The translations under genes and the position numbers were made by a program. From the IMG/VR virus record IMGVR_UViG_3300035494_000066: DNA of 64,000 nucleotides; one strand, 5' to 3'. This document shows, one piece after another, positions 12,901 to 20,862 of this stretch; position 1 is the stretch's first letter; every line of letters begins with the position of its first letter. Under the pieces are notes generated by a model. It made no database searches. It was given only the letters and a program-made list of their open reading frames with translations, and had not been told where the DNA came from. Source of the stretch: a virus. Taxonomy: Duplodnaviria > Heunggongvirae > Uroviricota > Caudoviricetes.

Positions 12901-15900
12901 AGATAGGAACTTATTACCGAGTGAGAAGTATGGTATAGGGTTCCGTCCGAGACAGAGTATAGTTGTTAACAGAGAAGAAAGTTTGCGACAGCTAGTTGAA
13001 TACGTTAACAACGAACTTCGGGCAAAGCCGTATGCAAGTGCTATTCGATACAATAACTTACTTCGCAACGACCCTGCTCCGCGGAAGTCAGCTAAGCTAT
13101 GGGACGAGTCAGTTAAATTTGACGCAGACTTACGGTTTATCGATACTAACGAAAAACCAGCTGGGTACCGTGTGTTGGTAGAACAAGATCTGTCAGAAAG
13201 CACACTGTGGACTATTAGAACATTATCAAATAGTAAGCAATGGGTTAAAACCCGAGTGCAATCTTATAAGACTGAAAACTTCTGGTCTACGGTTGATTGG
13301 TATGCAGCTGGGTATTCGGCTGACACTGTAGTAACTCATAAAGTGCAGTCAATGGACAAGCTAGGTCAGCTATCAACGCAGCCTGGATCGGTTGTGTTAG
13401 TTGCTTCAAACAACGCTGGCCAATTTGAATTACATGCAGCTGATTCGGATAATAAGTTAGTGTTAGTCGGCTTACAAAACGGAACAATTCAGTTAAGTAG
13501 ATCGTTGTACGATCCTACAGTAGAGAACGTTGGTTTTGATGCCGAAGTATTTGATGCTACTCGATTCGATCTCAACCCAGTTGCTGAAATTCATGCAATA
13601 CTAGACGCAATTCGTGAGGACATTTTTATTAACGAAAACGTTAGTAAGTTTAACGAAATTGTGTTTAACTTGTTCGAGTTAATATTAGCAGAACAGCAAA
13701 ACGTCGACTGGTTGTTCAAAACTAGCTTTATTAGTGTCGAGCATAAGGTGAGAGGACTGGATCAGTTCACTACATATCAGCCCGATAACCAGACGTTCTT
13801 GCTTGATTATATTAACGAGGTTAAACCGTACAGAACTAAAGTTCGCGAGTACTTGTTAAAGTATGACAGGGTAGATACTGTTAATACTAGCGTAAGCGAC
13901 TTCGATATCGAGAGTGTATACGATGAAAACCTAGGTATATACAGAAAACTAGATATTAATGATCCGTACGATGTTAACGAATTTGCCGGAACATCGAGCG
14001 AAGCTTGGTCTAGAAATTACACTAGTTCAATCGGACGTGTGGATATTGTAACTAAAGGATCGGGTTATAGTGTAACACCGCAGATTGAAATTAGCGAACC
14101 GGACATCGGCACTAACAGAGCAACAGCTGAAGTTATTACCCGCGCCGGCGAAGTACATAAAGTTAATGTGATTAATCCGGGGTCGGGCTATATCACTACC
14201 CCGACTGTCCGTTTAATTGGCGGCAACGGTACTGGTGCTAGAGTTGTTGCTAGATTAGACAATTCTACTACACGAAAGATTAAAACTGCAATTAAATTCG
14301 ATCGAATCGATTATCGATCACAAGTTCAACCGTGGCAGCCGGGTAGTGTGTATGCAGTAGGGGATATTGTACGATACAATAACAAAGCATATCGAGTTAT
14401 CGTAGACCACACATCGGCTGATGCGTTTAATTTTAGCAACGTTGCCGAAGTGCATGCAGACGAGTTTATATCAGCTAACGACAGAATAGCAGCATTTTAT
14501 CAGCCTAAGGAAGGAATGCTAGATAATAATTTAGCACAGTTAGTATCTGGTGTCGACTATCCAGGATCTCGTGTCACAGGCCCGTCTTTTGACGTCGAAC
14601 CGGGCTTTGATGTTGCTGCGTTTGATGCTGAGGTATTTGATAACTACGAAGTAACAGCCGACGGGATTACTGTTTTAAGCAGTAATGTACTAGACACAAA
14701 CATTGTTAGTAAGTTCACAGACAGTAACCTAGGACTCCGCCCGGAAGATATTAGTGTCGATGGTGCTAGCTTTGTCGACGAATACAACTCGCATCACCCG
14801 GAAGAGTTTATTCCGGGCATGATGTTTGACACAGTTGATATAAAAGTTATGCAAGCACCTAGTAGCAACTTTACAAACAACGGCAATGGGTTGCGCATCC
14901 GGTTAAATTACTTTGTAGGCGACGGATTAACTACTGCGTTTACTGTTGATCGCAGCGACAAGGTGATTGTGTACTCGAAAGAAAGAGGTGCATTGTTTGC
15001 TAATATCGACTTTACTGTTGATTATATCAATAGTCGGATATTGTTTAACACTCCTCTACTAAACGATGAAACTGTTTATGTGTACTTGTTTGATGTTGCT
15101 GGCGAGGGCATTGTGTATAACAATGCATTTACTACAACTGAAGAGATAAGCACAATAAATGTGCCAACTAGTCGGGCTGTCTCGAAGAGTGTATTCTGCT
15201 TAGTAGATGGTGTTGAACACGAAGCGTCAATTACTGCTACAACTAGCGGAGTAGTAGTAACTTTGGCTACACCAATACCAGCTGGGCATTTTGTTAAATT
15301 GTGGGTGTTCAATTCGGAAAACACAATTCCGTATAGCAATGTAGTCGAAGATAGAATTGTAACTACTGCAAATGTGCGTAGCTACGAAATATCACAAAGC
15401 GTGTTGTATACCGGACCAAAATCAAGCCATATGATTGTCGAATTAGACGGCAATCGATTAACTCCGGCCAATGCTAAGTATTACACTGCTGACGGTGTTA
15501 ATAATAATTTCAGACTGCCCGATTCTGCAGACGATCAGTGGTACGGTATTAGCACTACTGACATTGAAGTGTATCGTAACGACACTAGACTGCAAGAGTA
15601 TGTAAACTACACAGTCACTGTCGACGACGGTATTACGCCGCGAGGTGTTATTTTGCACGAAACACCCGATCAGAACGAAGTTATTACCGTAGCACTTACA
15701 ACAAATGCACAATATCGGATTATAAATAACAATACTATTCAAATTTCGAATACTGTTGCAATTTCCGACGGTTCGGAACTTCGTGCAATATCGTTTACAA
15801 ATCACGACCACAGTGATGTGCAGACAAAAGTGTTTGTTGGCACAACAGAGTCGACTATAGTTGCAACTGTAGGCTTTGATGATGCGCCATATGATAGTAT

Positions 15901-16561
15901 TGGTTACGAGAGTCCGTCAGTGGCAGTTATTAATGAGCCGACATATGTTCTGGACAGAGATATCACTGATAGTAATTATCTTTGGGTTTCAGTTGACGGT
16001 GTTAAAATGTATCAAGGCATTGACTTCACAATTGACGATAACAAAGTTAAAATTAATCCAGCTGTTAACGTGTCGGCTACTAGCAAGGTTGTAATTACTA
16101 GCTTCACTGAGAATACTGCTGCACCAGCAATGTCGTGGCGTGTATTTAAAGACATGCTAGATGATGTTAAGTATTACGCTATGGCAGTTGAACACACAAC
16201 AGCACTAGATAACGACTTGCAAATTACAGATACAGAAATACACGTCACTGACGGATCGGTATTGTCTGAGCCTAGCATTAAAACAAACCGTCCTGGCGTA
16301 GTGTTTATCAACGGCGAGCGTATTACATACTGGGTTAAGAACGGGAATGTGCTATCGCAAATCCGCCGGGCTACAGCAGGCACTGGAGCAGTTGCTACTC
16401 ATGTTAAAGGTTCGCTGGTTATTGACGCATCGTACAAGTCGGAAATTAGCAACACAGGAACTAATAACCATATATGGTACAACACAGTTGGATCTAGTTT
16501 GCAGTTTAACACTAGCCCGCAAGCACAGTTCTTGCAGAGCAAAACAGGGCTTATTTTATAA
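3911..16561 (+). CDS. Giant virion structural protein (baseplate/tail-associated, multidomain)
   Basis: 4216-aa uninterrupted ORF among structural genes; FG-GAP-like repeats (LFVGAP, IIAGAP, LLIGSP, VASAP), two WQPG-x2-Y-x2-G carbohydrate-binding-like modules, recurrent (F/Y)D-x3 motifs. Confidence 0.75.
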   Translation: MALYKSIGFLPEVHNTKFNKKFLAATLDQLISEKRLRKVNGLVGRKFGAQFNNIDSFVQNSTAERNQYQLEPTVVFKDANKNIVSTVTYPDVLNKVAAAGGFKDRADAMFSHQSQTFTGLVDLDKFVNFSQYYWLPNGPDSVDIFSSAVPVTNTFQFTYTPAGYVFDGSSETNPYITVVQGGNYTLSANGRRLYIQTEPGLSGYRAASPNVSTRDILGVTGNGSREVLFNVPIDSAQDSFVQMPSKNVNLVTQLSFEDINNKTLTQFEDEFGTIDGVTFLDGKTVVFLNQTSEEWNIGDLYDSTVFDASGSAYDITGVVGEAFRGGIWKISVSSTGVLSLTYHDDFPENTKIIVTEGVSNSNVEYYKTPAGEITKVPVITAPLRTLYYQDAENSNVYGEIRIVQENSVPFINVNDIIGKKEYTSPNGVVFTTGLKVRFDTAVIQTEYADKEYYVEGVGKSISLIPVSELVTPETWTETLSEGYDTSLYDSQRFDGTFNSPVNKDYIVINRASKDRNPWARHNRWFHVDVINATAQYNNYTPVLNQTSRAKRPIIEYVPNLQLVNFASRHIANVTLIDTVTTDAFSRVEGTPGYFIDGVELAPGQTIVFAADTEYSVRRRVYRVDFVDVTGTGSTTVKLIDTGVLASDLDGIVVSGGISNQGKSFVFKDRTWAESQFKQSANTPVMFDIIDADGVSLGDNTRYPSTSFAGTSIFEYAPGRVTDTELGFGISYSSFSNIGDILFNLTLDTDTFTYIDNGTEITQNINTGNAYSYTSALHEVTPMHAWVTNYKKTPQYQILEFVSTGEPLEIRVPRVEEFELSRSLYVYIDNKETFNYTATNVDESTYVEFTSDIPAGKYVVVKFASNVKDPNSYYEIPANLESNGNNLPVSSFTLGQIRNHVNSITETHKFFNRDGNSNLRDLGDFAAVGGTITRHYDSFLTAAALLTDDNLDALRSLEYAQLEYFKFKNKFVDLITRTDYTNMTVEAAVSDAISVLNEYKSESEFPFYNSDMIGFSNNKSSIEYTVIDESQTEWELTSQFNLNEISTRAVYVYYNGEQLLHGRDYEFSDSRAAIITRIPLSADSTIVINEYTNTKGSFVPPTPSKMGLWPATVPEKVLDTSYRTPQEVIVGHDGSTMLAFSDMRDDLILEFEKRVYNNIKVKPILFDWYKLIPGAFRDTVYSVDEFNTVLGAEFNKWASRTSVKVTDGSSFNTNDPYTWNYAESTCALDGISINGTWRSVYRYLYDTETPHLTPWKMLGYSSEPNWWESQFGPAPYTAGNMVLWDRLANGEKYNPVTGEWEADPRFARPALQSIIPVDDFGRLLSPVEVVVKTYNSFSMARPLQFGDIGPAEYSWRQSSELPFAMCAVAALLMPSEFLSSSIQSSNVNTIRKFTETLVHSNENYVPGLIQYIVDYNTFLGVNRNIISEKISNVAVQLSHRLGGYSDLAQLKVVATRATPGSQNDGVLIPDTNLELFLHKSQPIGVYSYSAVIVEKTPSGYTVSGYDTSAAGFEIIPSVITSNKSTIKAGNATSTVYNDFNNVVTTIPYGTEFATRDQLVDFLVSYQRRLKSLGFVFDEVLTDGQLRDFVLSAKEFLFWTTQRWAPGSIIVLNPIGSLIRFSRDFEVVDDVLSTGVVLDNNFKPVRSSSMHVVRDANAFELEADNNIGLVKFRTVQYEHMLVLDNATIFKDVIYKPELGNRHQFIRLNGYVTREWNGTLYAPGFVLSQSTNKEWQPGKNYAKGEFVVYKGTLYVSLLHVDASESFDYNAWTVADKPVTGLLPNWSAKAQQPEDFYNIDVANLEQDVDRYGKGLIGYQKRSYLERLGLDDVSQVKFYQGMIKEKGTNSSLKSLLKTQVDNLTVDVDLYEEWALRTGSYGSIDSVKTTEIVLDPEKVTSTRSIIELVNNTSAAPYMQVRESDLWKKPANFAIENWPTVRSTESEMSLTAAGYVRPRDVNKAIVNVSDIKRLSPLVNEMYPGYTIWVAKSYKSEWDVLRATSLDVQVVAASVSNNGYLKLKFARSVNLDTNTSFAIKNFHSRINGVYTVLASPKPDEVVVDTKATNVDFTGAGIVLLFESIRIRPESTLSAKQTLSSFTIGEKLYVDSNSDSNWSVYNKTAPWTFNSIATLQTPTADQMVGQSIAILEHNVVAVTSKNNSAVKLFQVGPTATDELSEVQLMLSNIAGAATVVKSYGSTLAIGLPESAAGKGLVAIGSQIGADIAIRYVLAAPDTSAMYGSAIAFSNTGEWLFVGAPESGSIYAYNLVNAESQSQLVTINATGVYTLDNALDTESVVVQDNAGEILTPYVDYNISGNSLTVTKPYPIGTEIVVQTLPKFQLVDSLSNGPSFGSSVYSDSRGEVIIAGAPYSTVDDNNEAGSAYVISRSVENIYGDGSTGTFLLSETPNTRFKVTISGEDVTHTVTVSGRQITFAKPLGLGEVATVELNNLSIQQEIKNPEPSDRDWFGWAVVMCPTECSAYVSAPGSDNGQPNSGIVYSLSNKPLQTGAAILSPTNTGSSIRINNYAITYTNTEQFLSDINNIPGIAATDVSIDSTTLRVDVRSAAKLTITAPAGNSLADFGISKLTLNSVIKHPDESSNEKFGHALDLTNNGKTLLIGSPYASTFKDVTLDDSTTVLDAKTTRLRDREHKSGSVYVFEYVSTSPESGSFVPGQQLVAGTVSPLDEFGFALAAKGNMIVASAPREDTSSAPNAGTILVFSNSDNKQCWDSVRSQEDVVDISLIDRLMAYNKTTNTIVTYIDVVDPLSGRVLGQAQAELDYITEHDPAVYTNGDTNVNSSSAWAEEHVGEYWWDTSAVRYVNYKIGTLEERAQYWNKKFPGSEVAVYEWIRSKLPPAEFIESNPGAALKYSADTYTTLTRYSETDKTIGTYYYFWVRGLEKVAESKKLSASTVEQYIDQPDSTGIPYAMFLSSSAIALGNMQNLVSGRDTVLSVSFNGADDNKLWHNEYQLIKQGSNSSTITDRMYLKLKDSLAGATFTGMSVPDRNLLPSEKYGIGFRPRQSIVVNREESLRQLVEYVNNELRAKPYASAIRYNNLLRNDPAPRKSAKLWDESVKFDADLRFIDTNEKPAGYRVLVEQDLSESTLWTIRTLSNSKQWVKTRVQSYKTENFWSTVDWYAAGYSADTVVTHKVQSMDKLGQLSTQPGSVVLVASNNAGQFELHAADSDNKLVLVGLQNGTIQLSRSLYDPTVENVGFDAEVFDATRFDLNPVAEIHAILDAIREDIFINENVSKFNEIVFNLFELILAEQQNVDWLFKTSFISVEHKVRGLDQFTTYQPDNQTFLLDYINEVKPYRTKVREYLLKYDRVDTVNTSVSDFDIESVYDENLGIYRKLDINDPYDVNEFAGTSSEAWSRNYTSSIGRVDIVTKGSGYSVTPQIEISEPDIGTNRATAEVITRAGEVHKVNVINPGSGYITTPTVRLIGGNGTGARVVARLDNSTTRKIKTAIKFDRIDYRSQVQPWQPGSVYAVGDIVRYNNKAYRVIVDHTSADAFNFSNVAEVHADEFISANDRIAAFYQPKEGMLDNNLAQLVSGVDYPGSRVTGPSFDVEPGFDVAAFDAEVFDNYEVTADGITVLSSNVLDTNIVSKFTDSNLGLRPEDISVDGASFVDEYNSHHPEEFIPGMMFDTVDIKVMQAPSSNFTNNGNGLRIRLNYFVGDGLTTAFTVDRSDKVIVYSKERGALFANIDFTVDYINSRILFNTPLLNDETVYVYLFDVAGEGIVYNNAFTTTEEISTINVPTSRAVSKSVFCLVDGVEHEASITATTSGVVVTLATPIPAGHFVKLWVFNSENTIPYSNVVEDRIVTTANVRSYEISQSVLYTGPKSSHMIVELDGNRLTPANAKYYTADGVNNNFRLPDSADDQWYGISTTDIEVYRNDTRLQEYVNYTVTVDDGITPRGVILHETPDQNEVITVALTTNAQYRIINNNTIQISNTVAISDGSELRAISFTNHDHSDVQTKVFVGTTESTIVATVGFDDAPYDSIGYESPSVAVINEPTYVLDRDITDSNYLWVSVDGVKMYQGIDFTIDDNKVKINPAVNVSATSKVVITSFTENTAAPAMSWRVFKDMLDDVKYYAMAVEHTTALDNDLQITDTEIHVTDGSVLSEPSIKTNRPGVVFINGERITYWVKNGNVLSQIRRATAGTGAVATHVKGSLVIDASYKSEISNTGTNNHIWYNTVGSSLQFNTSPQAQFLQSKTGLIL

Positions 16562-16584
16562 GAGGGGAATTCCCCTCTTATAAA
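16555..16584. terminator. 30-bp perfect palindrome overlapping the stop codon and a late promoter
   Basis: tttataagaggggaa|ttcccctcttataaa; TATAAATA at 16579-16586 lies in its right arm. Confidence 0.55.
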
Positions 16585-16611
16585 TAAAGTCATATACAAA
16601 AGGTATTTGTA

Positions 16612-17253
16612 ATGACAGAAAATAACCTAGGCAATACAGATCCGAGCTTTCGTGAGCCAGGATCTGTATATATCGAAGGGCATATAAAAATTTTCGATCC
16701 CGAATCGGGCGAAGTCCTCGAGGATAAACGTAACGCAATCCATGCCGAGAATATGAGCGAAGCTCTTGCTAGTATGCTAGCAAACAAAGGATCGGGCTTT
16801 ATACACGAGATGCATTTTGGTAATGGCGGCACTAGCGTCGACCCAACTGGGTTGATTACATACTTACCAGCGTCAACTGGTGTAAATGCTGACTTATATA
16901 ACAAGACGTATTATAAAGTAGTCGACGACACTAGCAGTCTTAATACAGACCCGACTCGGAACAATATAACAATTCGACACACAACCGGTCAGCCGTATAC
17001 GGATATTTTTATTACGTGTCTACTAGACTACGGTGAGCCAGCTGGCCAAGAAGCGTTTGATAGTAGCACAAACCTCGAAGGAGAGTTTGTGTTCGACGAG
17101 CTTGGACTTAAATCATGGACAGGGGACGAAGGGACAGGAAAGTTACTAACTCATGTTGTTTTTCACCCTATTCAAAAATCACTGAACAGACTAATCCAGG
17201 TTGATTATACTGTTCGAATTATGACATTAACTAACTTAAGTACACTAACTTAA
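16612..17253 (+). CDS. Putative baseplate/tail structural protein
   Basis: 213 aa, in the late structural block downstream of TATAAATA; GHIKIFD...KRNAIH...FDELGL pattern typical of tail/baseplate proteins. Confidence 0.55.
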   Translation: MTENNLGNTDPSFREPGSVYIEGHIKIFDPESGEVLEDKRNAIHAENMSEALASMLANKGSGFIHEMHFGNGGTSVDPTGLITYLPASTGVNADLYNKTYYKVVDDTSSLNTDPTRNNITIRHTTGQPYTDIFITCLLDYGEPAGQEAFDSSTNLEGEFVFDELGLKSWTGDEGTGKLLTHVVFHPIQKSLNRLIQVDYTVRIMTLTNLSTLT

Positions 17254-17256
17254 ATG

Positions 17257-17264
17257 CATAAATA
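17257..17264 (+). promoter_or_regulatory. Late promoter variant CATAAATA
   Basis: Shares ATAAATATACTTAA with the promoter at 462; upstream of RBS GGAG and the ATG at 17293. Confidence 0.6.
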
Positions 17265-17292
17265 TACTTAACGTATAATCGGAGAATTTGGA

Positions 17293-18753
17293 ATGGCCTA
17301 TACTATTAATAGAACTGATGGATCGATACTAGCTACTGTAGCAGACGGTACAATCGACGCAAGCACAGACTTGACGTTAATTGGTAAGAACTACGGCGGT
17401 TACGGTGAGATCCTCAACGAAAACTATGTTAAGCTGTTAGAGAACTTTGCTAACAGCTCAGCTCCGAGTAACCCAATATCTGGCCAGATCTGGTGGGACT
17501 CGGCAAATAATTTACTTAAGGTGTATACAGGAAACACCTTTAAAACGGTATCGAGCTCTACAGCTAGTTCTACAGCACCGGCGAGTAACGTTACTGGTGA
17601 CTTGTGGTGGGATACAGCTAACAACCAGCTTAAAGTGTTTAACGGATCAAACTTTACACTAATTGGTCCAGCATTTACAGCCGGCTCAGGACAATCGGGA
17701 GCTTCGATCGAGACGATCACCGATAACCTAGGCATAGAGCATGTTGTAGTGAAAATGTTTGTGAGCGATGCGCTAGTTGCTATTATTAGCAAAGACGCAA
17801 CATTTACTCCACAGTCGTCGATTGTTGGCTTTGCTACAGTTAAGCAAGGATATAACTTAAACTCGTCATTAGCAGACGCTAAATTCCACGGCACTGCTGT
17901 AAACTCTGACTCCCTCGGCGGCGTCGCCGCATCCGGGTATATCCGCAGCAACGCTAACGACACAACTACTGGCACGCTTAGTATTTTAAACGATTCTGGT
18001 TTGCAAATTGGTCAGGATAACGACTTTAAAGTTAGTGTATCTGGATCAAACGTATTAATTAGTAATCAGACTACCGACGGCGACTTAATTTTCAGAGTCA
18101 ATGACAACGGGTCTACTGTTACGGCGTTGACAATCGACGGCGGAACCAATAGAATGTTAGTTGCAGGTGACCCGACTGCAGCGCTCGGTGTTGCAACAAA
18201 ACAATATGTTGATAGCAAAGTTAGCTCGTCGGGATCGCTGTTAACAACCGGCGGCACGATGTCGGGTAATATACTATCAGCTAACGGGACTCAGAACATC
18301 GGCTCTGCAACTGTTAAGTTTAATTCAATCTATGCAACTACGTTTAACGGTACGTCGACTAGCGCACAATACGCTGACTTAGCAGAACGCTTCGAAGCTG
18401 ACGCAGTATACGAACCTGGCACTGTTGTTGCTATTGGTGGTGAAAAAGAAATCACACGCCAAGATGCAGAATTAAGCGATACAGTCTTGGGAGTTGTTAG
18501 TACAGACCCGGCATACTTAATGAATAACCACACTACTAGCGAGTACTTCCCACCGATTGCAATGTCAGGTAGAGTACCAGTTAAAGTAATCGGGCCAGTT
18601 AGCAAAGGTGATCGATTAGTAAGTGCAGGCAACGGCTGCGCTCGAAAAGCAAATGCAGACGAGCTAACACCGTTTAATACAATCGGCCGAGCGCTACACG
18701 ATAAAACGAGCACTGAAGTTGGTCTAGTCGAAGCTGTAGTAACAATAAAATAA
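17293..18753 (+). CDS. Tail fibre-like protein with C-terminal intramolecular-chaperone (peptidase G2-like) domain
   Basis: 486 aa, Ser/Thr/Gly-rich; duplicated G(Q/D)(I/L)WWD-x-ANN-x-LKV motif; ATKQYVD fibre motif; C-terminal ADLAERF...GTVVAIGG...GVVSTDP...GRVPVKV. Confidence 0.7.
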   Translation: MAYTINRTDGSILATVADGTIDASTDLTLIGKNYGGYGEILNENYVKLLENFANSSAPSNPISGQIWWDSANNLLKVYTGNTFKTVSSSTASSTAPASNVTGDLWWDTANNQLKVFNGSNFTLIGPAFTAGSGQSGASIETITDNLGIEHVVVKMFVSDALVAIISKDATFTPQSSIVGFATVKQGYNLNSSLADAKFHGTAVNSDSLGGVAASGYIRSNANDTTTGTLSILNDSGLQIGQDNDFKVSVSGSNVLISNQTTDGDLIFRVNDNGSTVTALTIDGGTNRMLVAGDPTAALGVATKQYVDSKVSSSGSLLTTGGTMSGNILSANGTQNIGSATVKFNSIYATTFNGTSTSAQYADLAERFEADAVYEPGTVVAIGGEKEITRQDAELSDTVLGVVSTDPAYLMNNHTTSEYFPPIAMSGRVPVKVIGPVSKGDRLVSAGNGCARKANADELTPFNTIGRALHDKTSTEVGLVEAVVTIK

Positions 18754-18774
18754 TTTTTGGAGTAAAGAAAGAAC

Positions 18775-19689
18775 ATGGCATACCAATCAGGCGATATCAT
18801 CTTAGATGATCACTACAACGGCTTCCGTAATACGGTTAACAACGTATGGGGCACTGGTTCCGGAGACCGCGGTTACGGCCAGACTTCGGTAGTGGCTGCA
18901 GTTGCTGCTGGAGCTACTATTACAGCTACTCAGTGGTCAACATTGCTTAGCAGAATCTCAAGTGCAGCGAGTCACCAAGGCACGGCTTTAACGGCAATAA
19001 CTGCGCCAACAGCAGGAAGCACTATTTCGGCGTTTACTGCGCTATCAAACAATGTAAGTGCAATTAACAATAACCGATTAAACCGTGCTGCAGTAGGCGC
19101 AGATATTGCGTCAACAGTGTCGGGCACCGCATCATGGACAGTGCAAACTACGCACACATGCACATTTACATTTGCAGGCGGAAACGCAGCTCGACATTTC
19201 TTCAACGCCGGCGGTGAGATCCGCTTGAACTTCGCCCGGTCCGGCGGCACTTCTCATACGAAGAATTCCGAGTGGACTGACTTGTTAAACAAAGCTGGCA
19301 CAATTGTACTCAGAGCACACGGAACGTTAAAAGAAGGCGGTTCGGGTACAGTTTCTACTCTTGCTAGTAGCACTGGTTATTACGAACTAACAACAACAAA
19401 CACTGTGTTGTTTAAGCAGTTTGCTGACTCAAGCCCTTATACTACAAACTATGTACAAGTTTCAGCCCGGGTAAACGCAGCACACGCCGACGGATTAGGT
19501 AATAACGGAAACCAAATTATCTTTACTGTTGTTTTCCGCGACGACGCTGCTGACAACTCTATTCCAAGCTCAGTTGATGTAGTAAACGGCACTATTTCTA
19601 CTACAGCCCGCGGCCGTCAGCCTAGTACTACTGTTCTTAGTAACAGTTGGGGCACACCCGCGTGGACAACAGCAAACAGCCAGAGCTAA
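18775..19689 (+). CDS. Putative virion structural/fibre protein
   Basis: 304 aa, Thr/Ser/Ala/Gly-rich, MAY start like its neighbour, FFNAGGEIR motif. Confidence 0.6.
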   Translation: MAYQSGDIILDDHYNGFRNTVNNVWGTGSGDRGYGQTSVVAAVAAGATITATQWSTLLSRISSAASHQGTALTAITAPTAGSTISAFTALSNNVSAINNNRLNRAAVGADIASTVSGTASWTVQTTHTCTFTFAGGNAARHFFNAGGEIRLNFARSGGTSHTKNSEWTDLLNKAGTIVLRAHGTLKEGGSGTVSTLASSTGYYELTTTNTVLFKQFADSSPYTTNYVQVSARVNAAHADGLGNNGNQIIFTVVFRDDAADNSIPSSVDVVNGTISTTARGRQPSTTVLSNSWGTPAWTTANSQS

Positions 19690-19704
19690 TGATTTAATTA
19701 TTAG

Positions 19705-19732
19705 TTGACTGTTTTTAAAAAGGATGTACAAT
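19705..19732 (+). promoter_or_regulatory. Possible sigma70 promoter TTGACT-16-TACAAT
   Basis: -35 at 19705-19710 and -10 at 19727-19732, inside the palindrome; upstream of the modification cluster. Confidence 0.4.
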
Positions 19733-19748
19733 ATTGTACATCCTTTTT
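19717..19748. terminator. 32-bp perfect palindrome, probable intrinsic terminator
   Basis: aaaaaggatgtacaat|attgtacatccttttt followed by a T run, just after the structural genes. Confidence 0.7.
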
Positions 19749-19772
19749 TTTATGACTTTTAACGGAGGGCTT

Positions 19773-20075
19773 GTGTCAGAGATTATAAAAATGCGAATAA
19801 ATCGCGAAGCTACAAAAAAAGCAATGCGCGAGCATTATTTGTCGCGTCTAACTGTAGCATACAACGGAGGGTTATTTGTACTAAAACCTGAGCTGTTTGC
19901 GATGTTGCAACTGTTTAGTGATGAGAGCAGTGTTGTATTAGTTGATTCATTTGACAATCCTATACTCATCAGTGACTTGGGTGATTTTACTAAAAAATGT
20001 AAACAGCGATATACAGAAGTGTCGAACAAGTGGCATGCAGATTACGAGCAATCAAAACGTGACAGAAAGATCTAA
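19773..20075 (+). CDS. Hypothetical protein
   Basis: ORF 19734-20075; GTG at 19773 follows GGAGG (ATG 19791 is an alternative start). Confidence 0.6.
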   Translation: MSEIIKMRINREATKKAMREHYLSRLTVAYNGGLFVLKPELFAMLQLFSDESSVVLVDSFDNPILISDLGDFTKKCKQRYTEVSNKWHADYEQSKRDRKI

Positions 20076-20862
20076 AGGCTGTTTAATTTTTGCATACAAC
20101 TCCAGTGACGTCGATTACGTTAAGTTAGCAACAATTAACGCCAAGCTAATTAAAAAACACTTAAACTTACCAACATCTATTATTACGGATCAATTAATCG
20201 ATTCTAATGTATTTGACCATCAGATTATTGTTAGCAACAATAGTATTAACACACGGTCATTTAAAACCGAAACAGGCAACACAAAAACTATCAACTGGAA
20301 AAACATCGGTCGTGACCAAGCATTTAACTTAACGCCGTACGATATAACATTGTTGATTGATGCAGATTACATTGTTAACTCTGATTCGCTGTTAGGTTTA
20401 GTTGACATTGATGCTCCGATTGTTTCGTTTAAGTCTGCACACGATGTCATGGGAGCAAACCGCCTAGCAGCAGATCGACTTGTGTCGTTTAACAGTATCG
20501 AAATGTACTGGGCAACTGTTGTACGGTTTGACAAATCGGAACTTGCTAAGTCAGTGTTCGATACGATGACTCATATTAAAGACAATTGGGACTATGCCAG
20601 AACTGTTTACAACTTCCCAGCTGGGCCGTATCGTAACGATTTTAGCTTTTCAGTTGGGATGCATGCAGTTTCGGGATTATCCGAGTCTCGGAGCACAATT
20701 ATACCATGGAGCTTACCTACGCTGTCATCGGACTGTTACATAACTAGTTGCATACCAGGTACAATTGTAGCCACAGACGGTACTACAGCCGTAAAAGTAA
20801 TCGGTGACTTGCATATTATGAACAAGTGGTTAAATATTGATCTGTTAGAGGGGCTATTATGA
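20059..20862 (+). CDS. Glycosyltransferase-like protein (GT-A fold)
   Basis: LTPYDITLLIDADYIV with a DxD motif; start probably GTG 20059 rather than 19942. Confidence 0.6.
   Translation: MTERSKGCLIFAYNSSDVDYVKLATINAKLIKKHLNLPTSIITDQLIDSNVFDHQIIVSNNSINTRSFKTETGNTKTINWKNIGRDQAFNLTPYDITLLIDADYIVNSDSLLGLVDIDAPIVSFKSAHDVMGANRLAADRLVSFNSIEMYWATVVRFDKSELAKSVFDTMTHIKDNWDYARTVYNFPAGPYRNDFSFSVGMHAVSGLSESRSTIIPWSLPTLSSDCYITSCIPGTIVATDGTTAVKVIGDLHIMNKWLNIDLLEGLL

Noticed and set aside
1085-18800. Numerous 60-212 aa antisense and alternate-frame ORFs inside the structural genes
   Set aside because: Shadow ORFs of long genes, with no RBS or recognisable motifs
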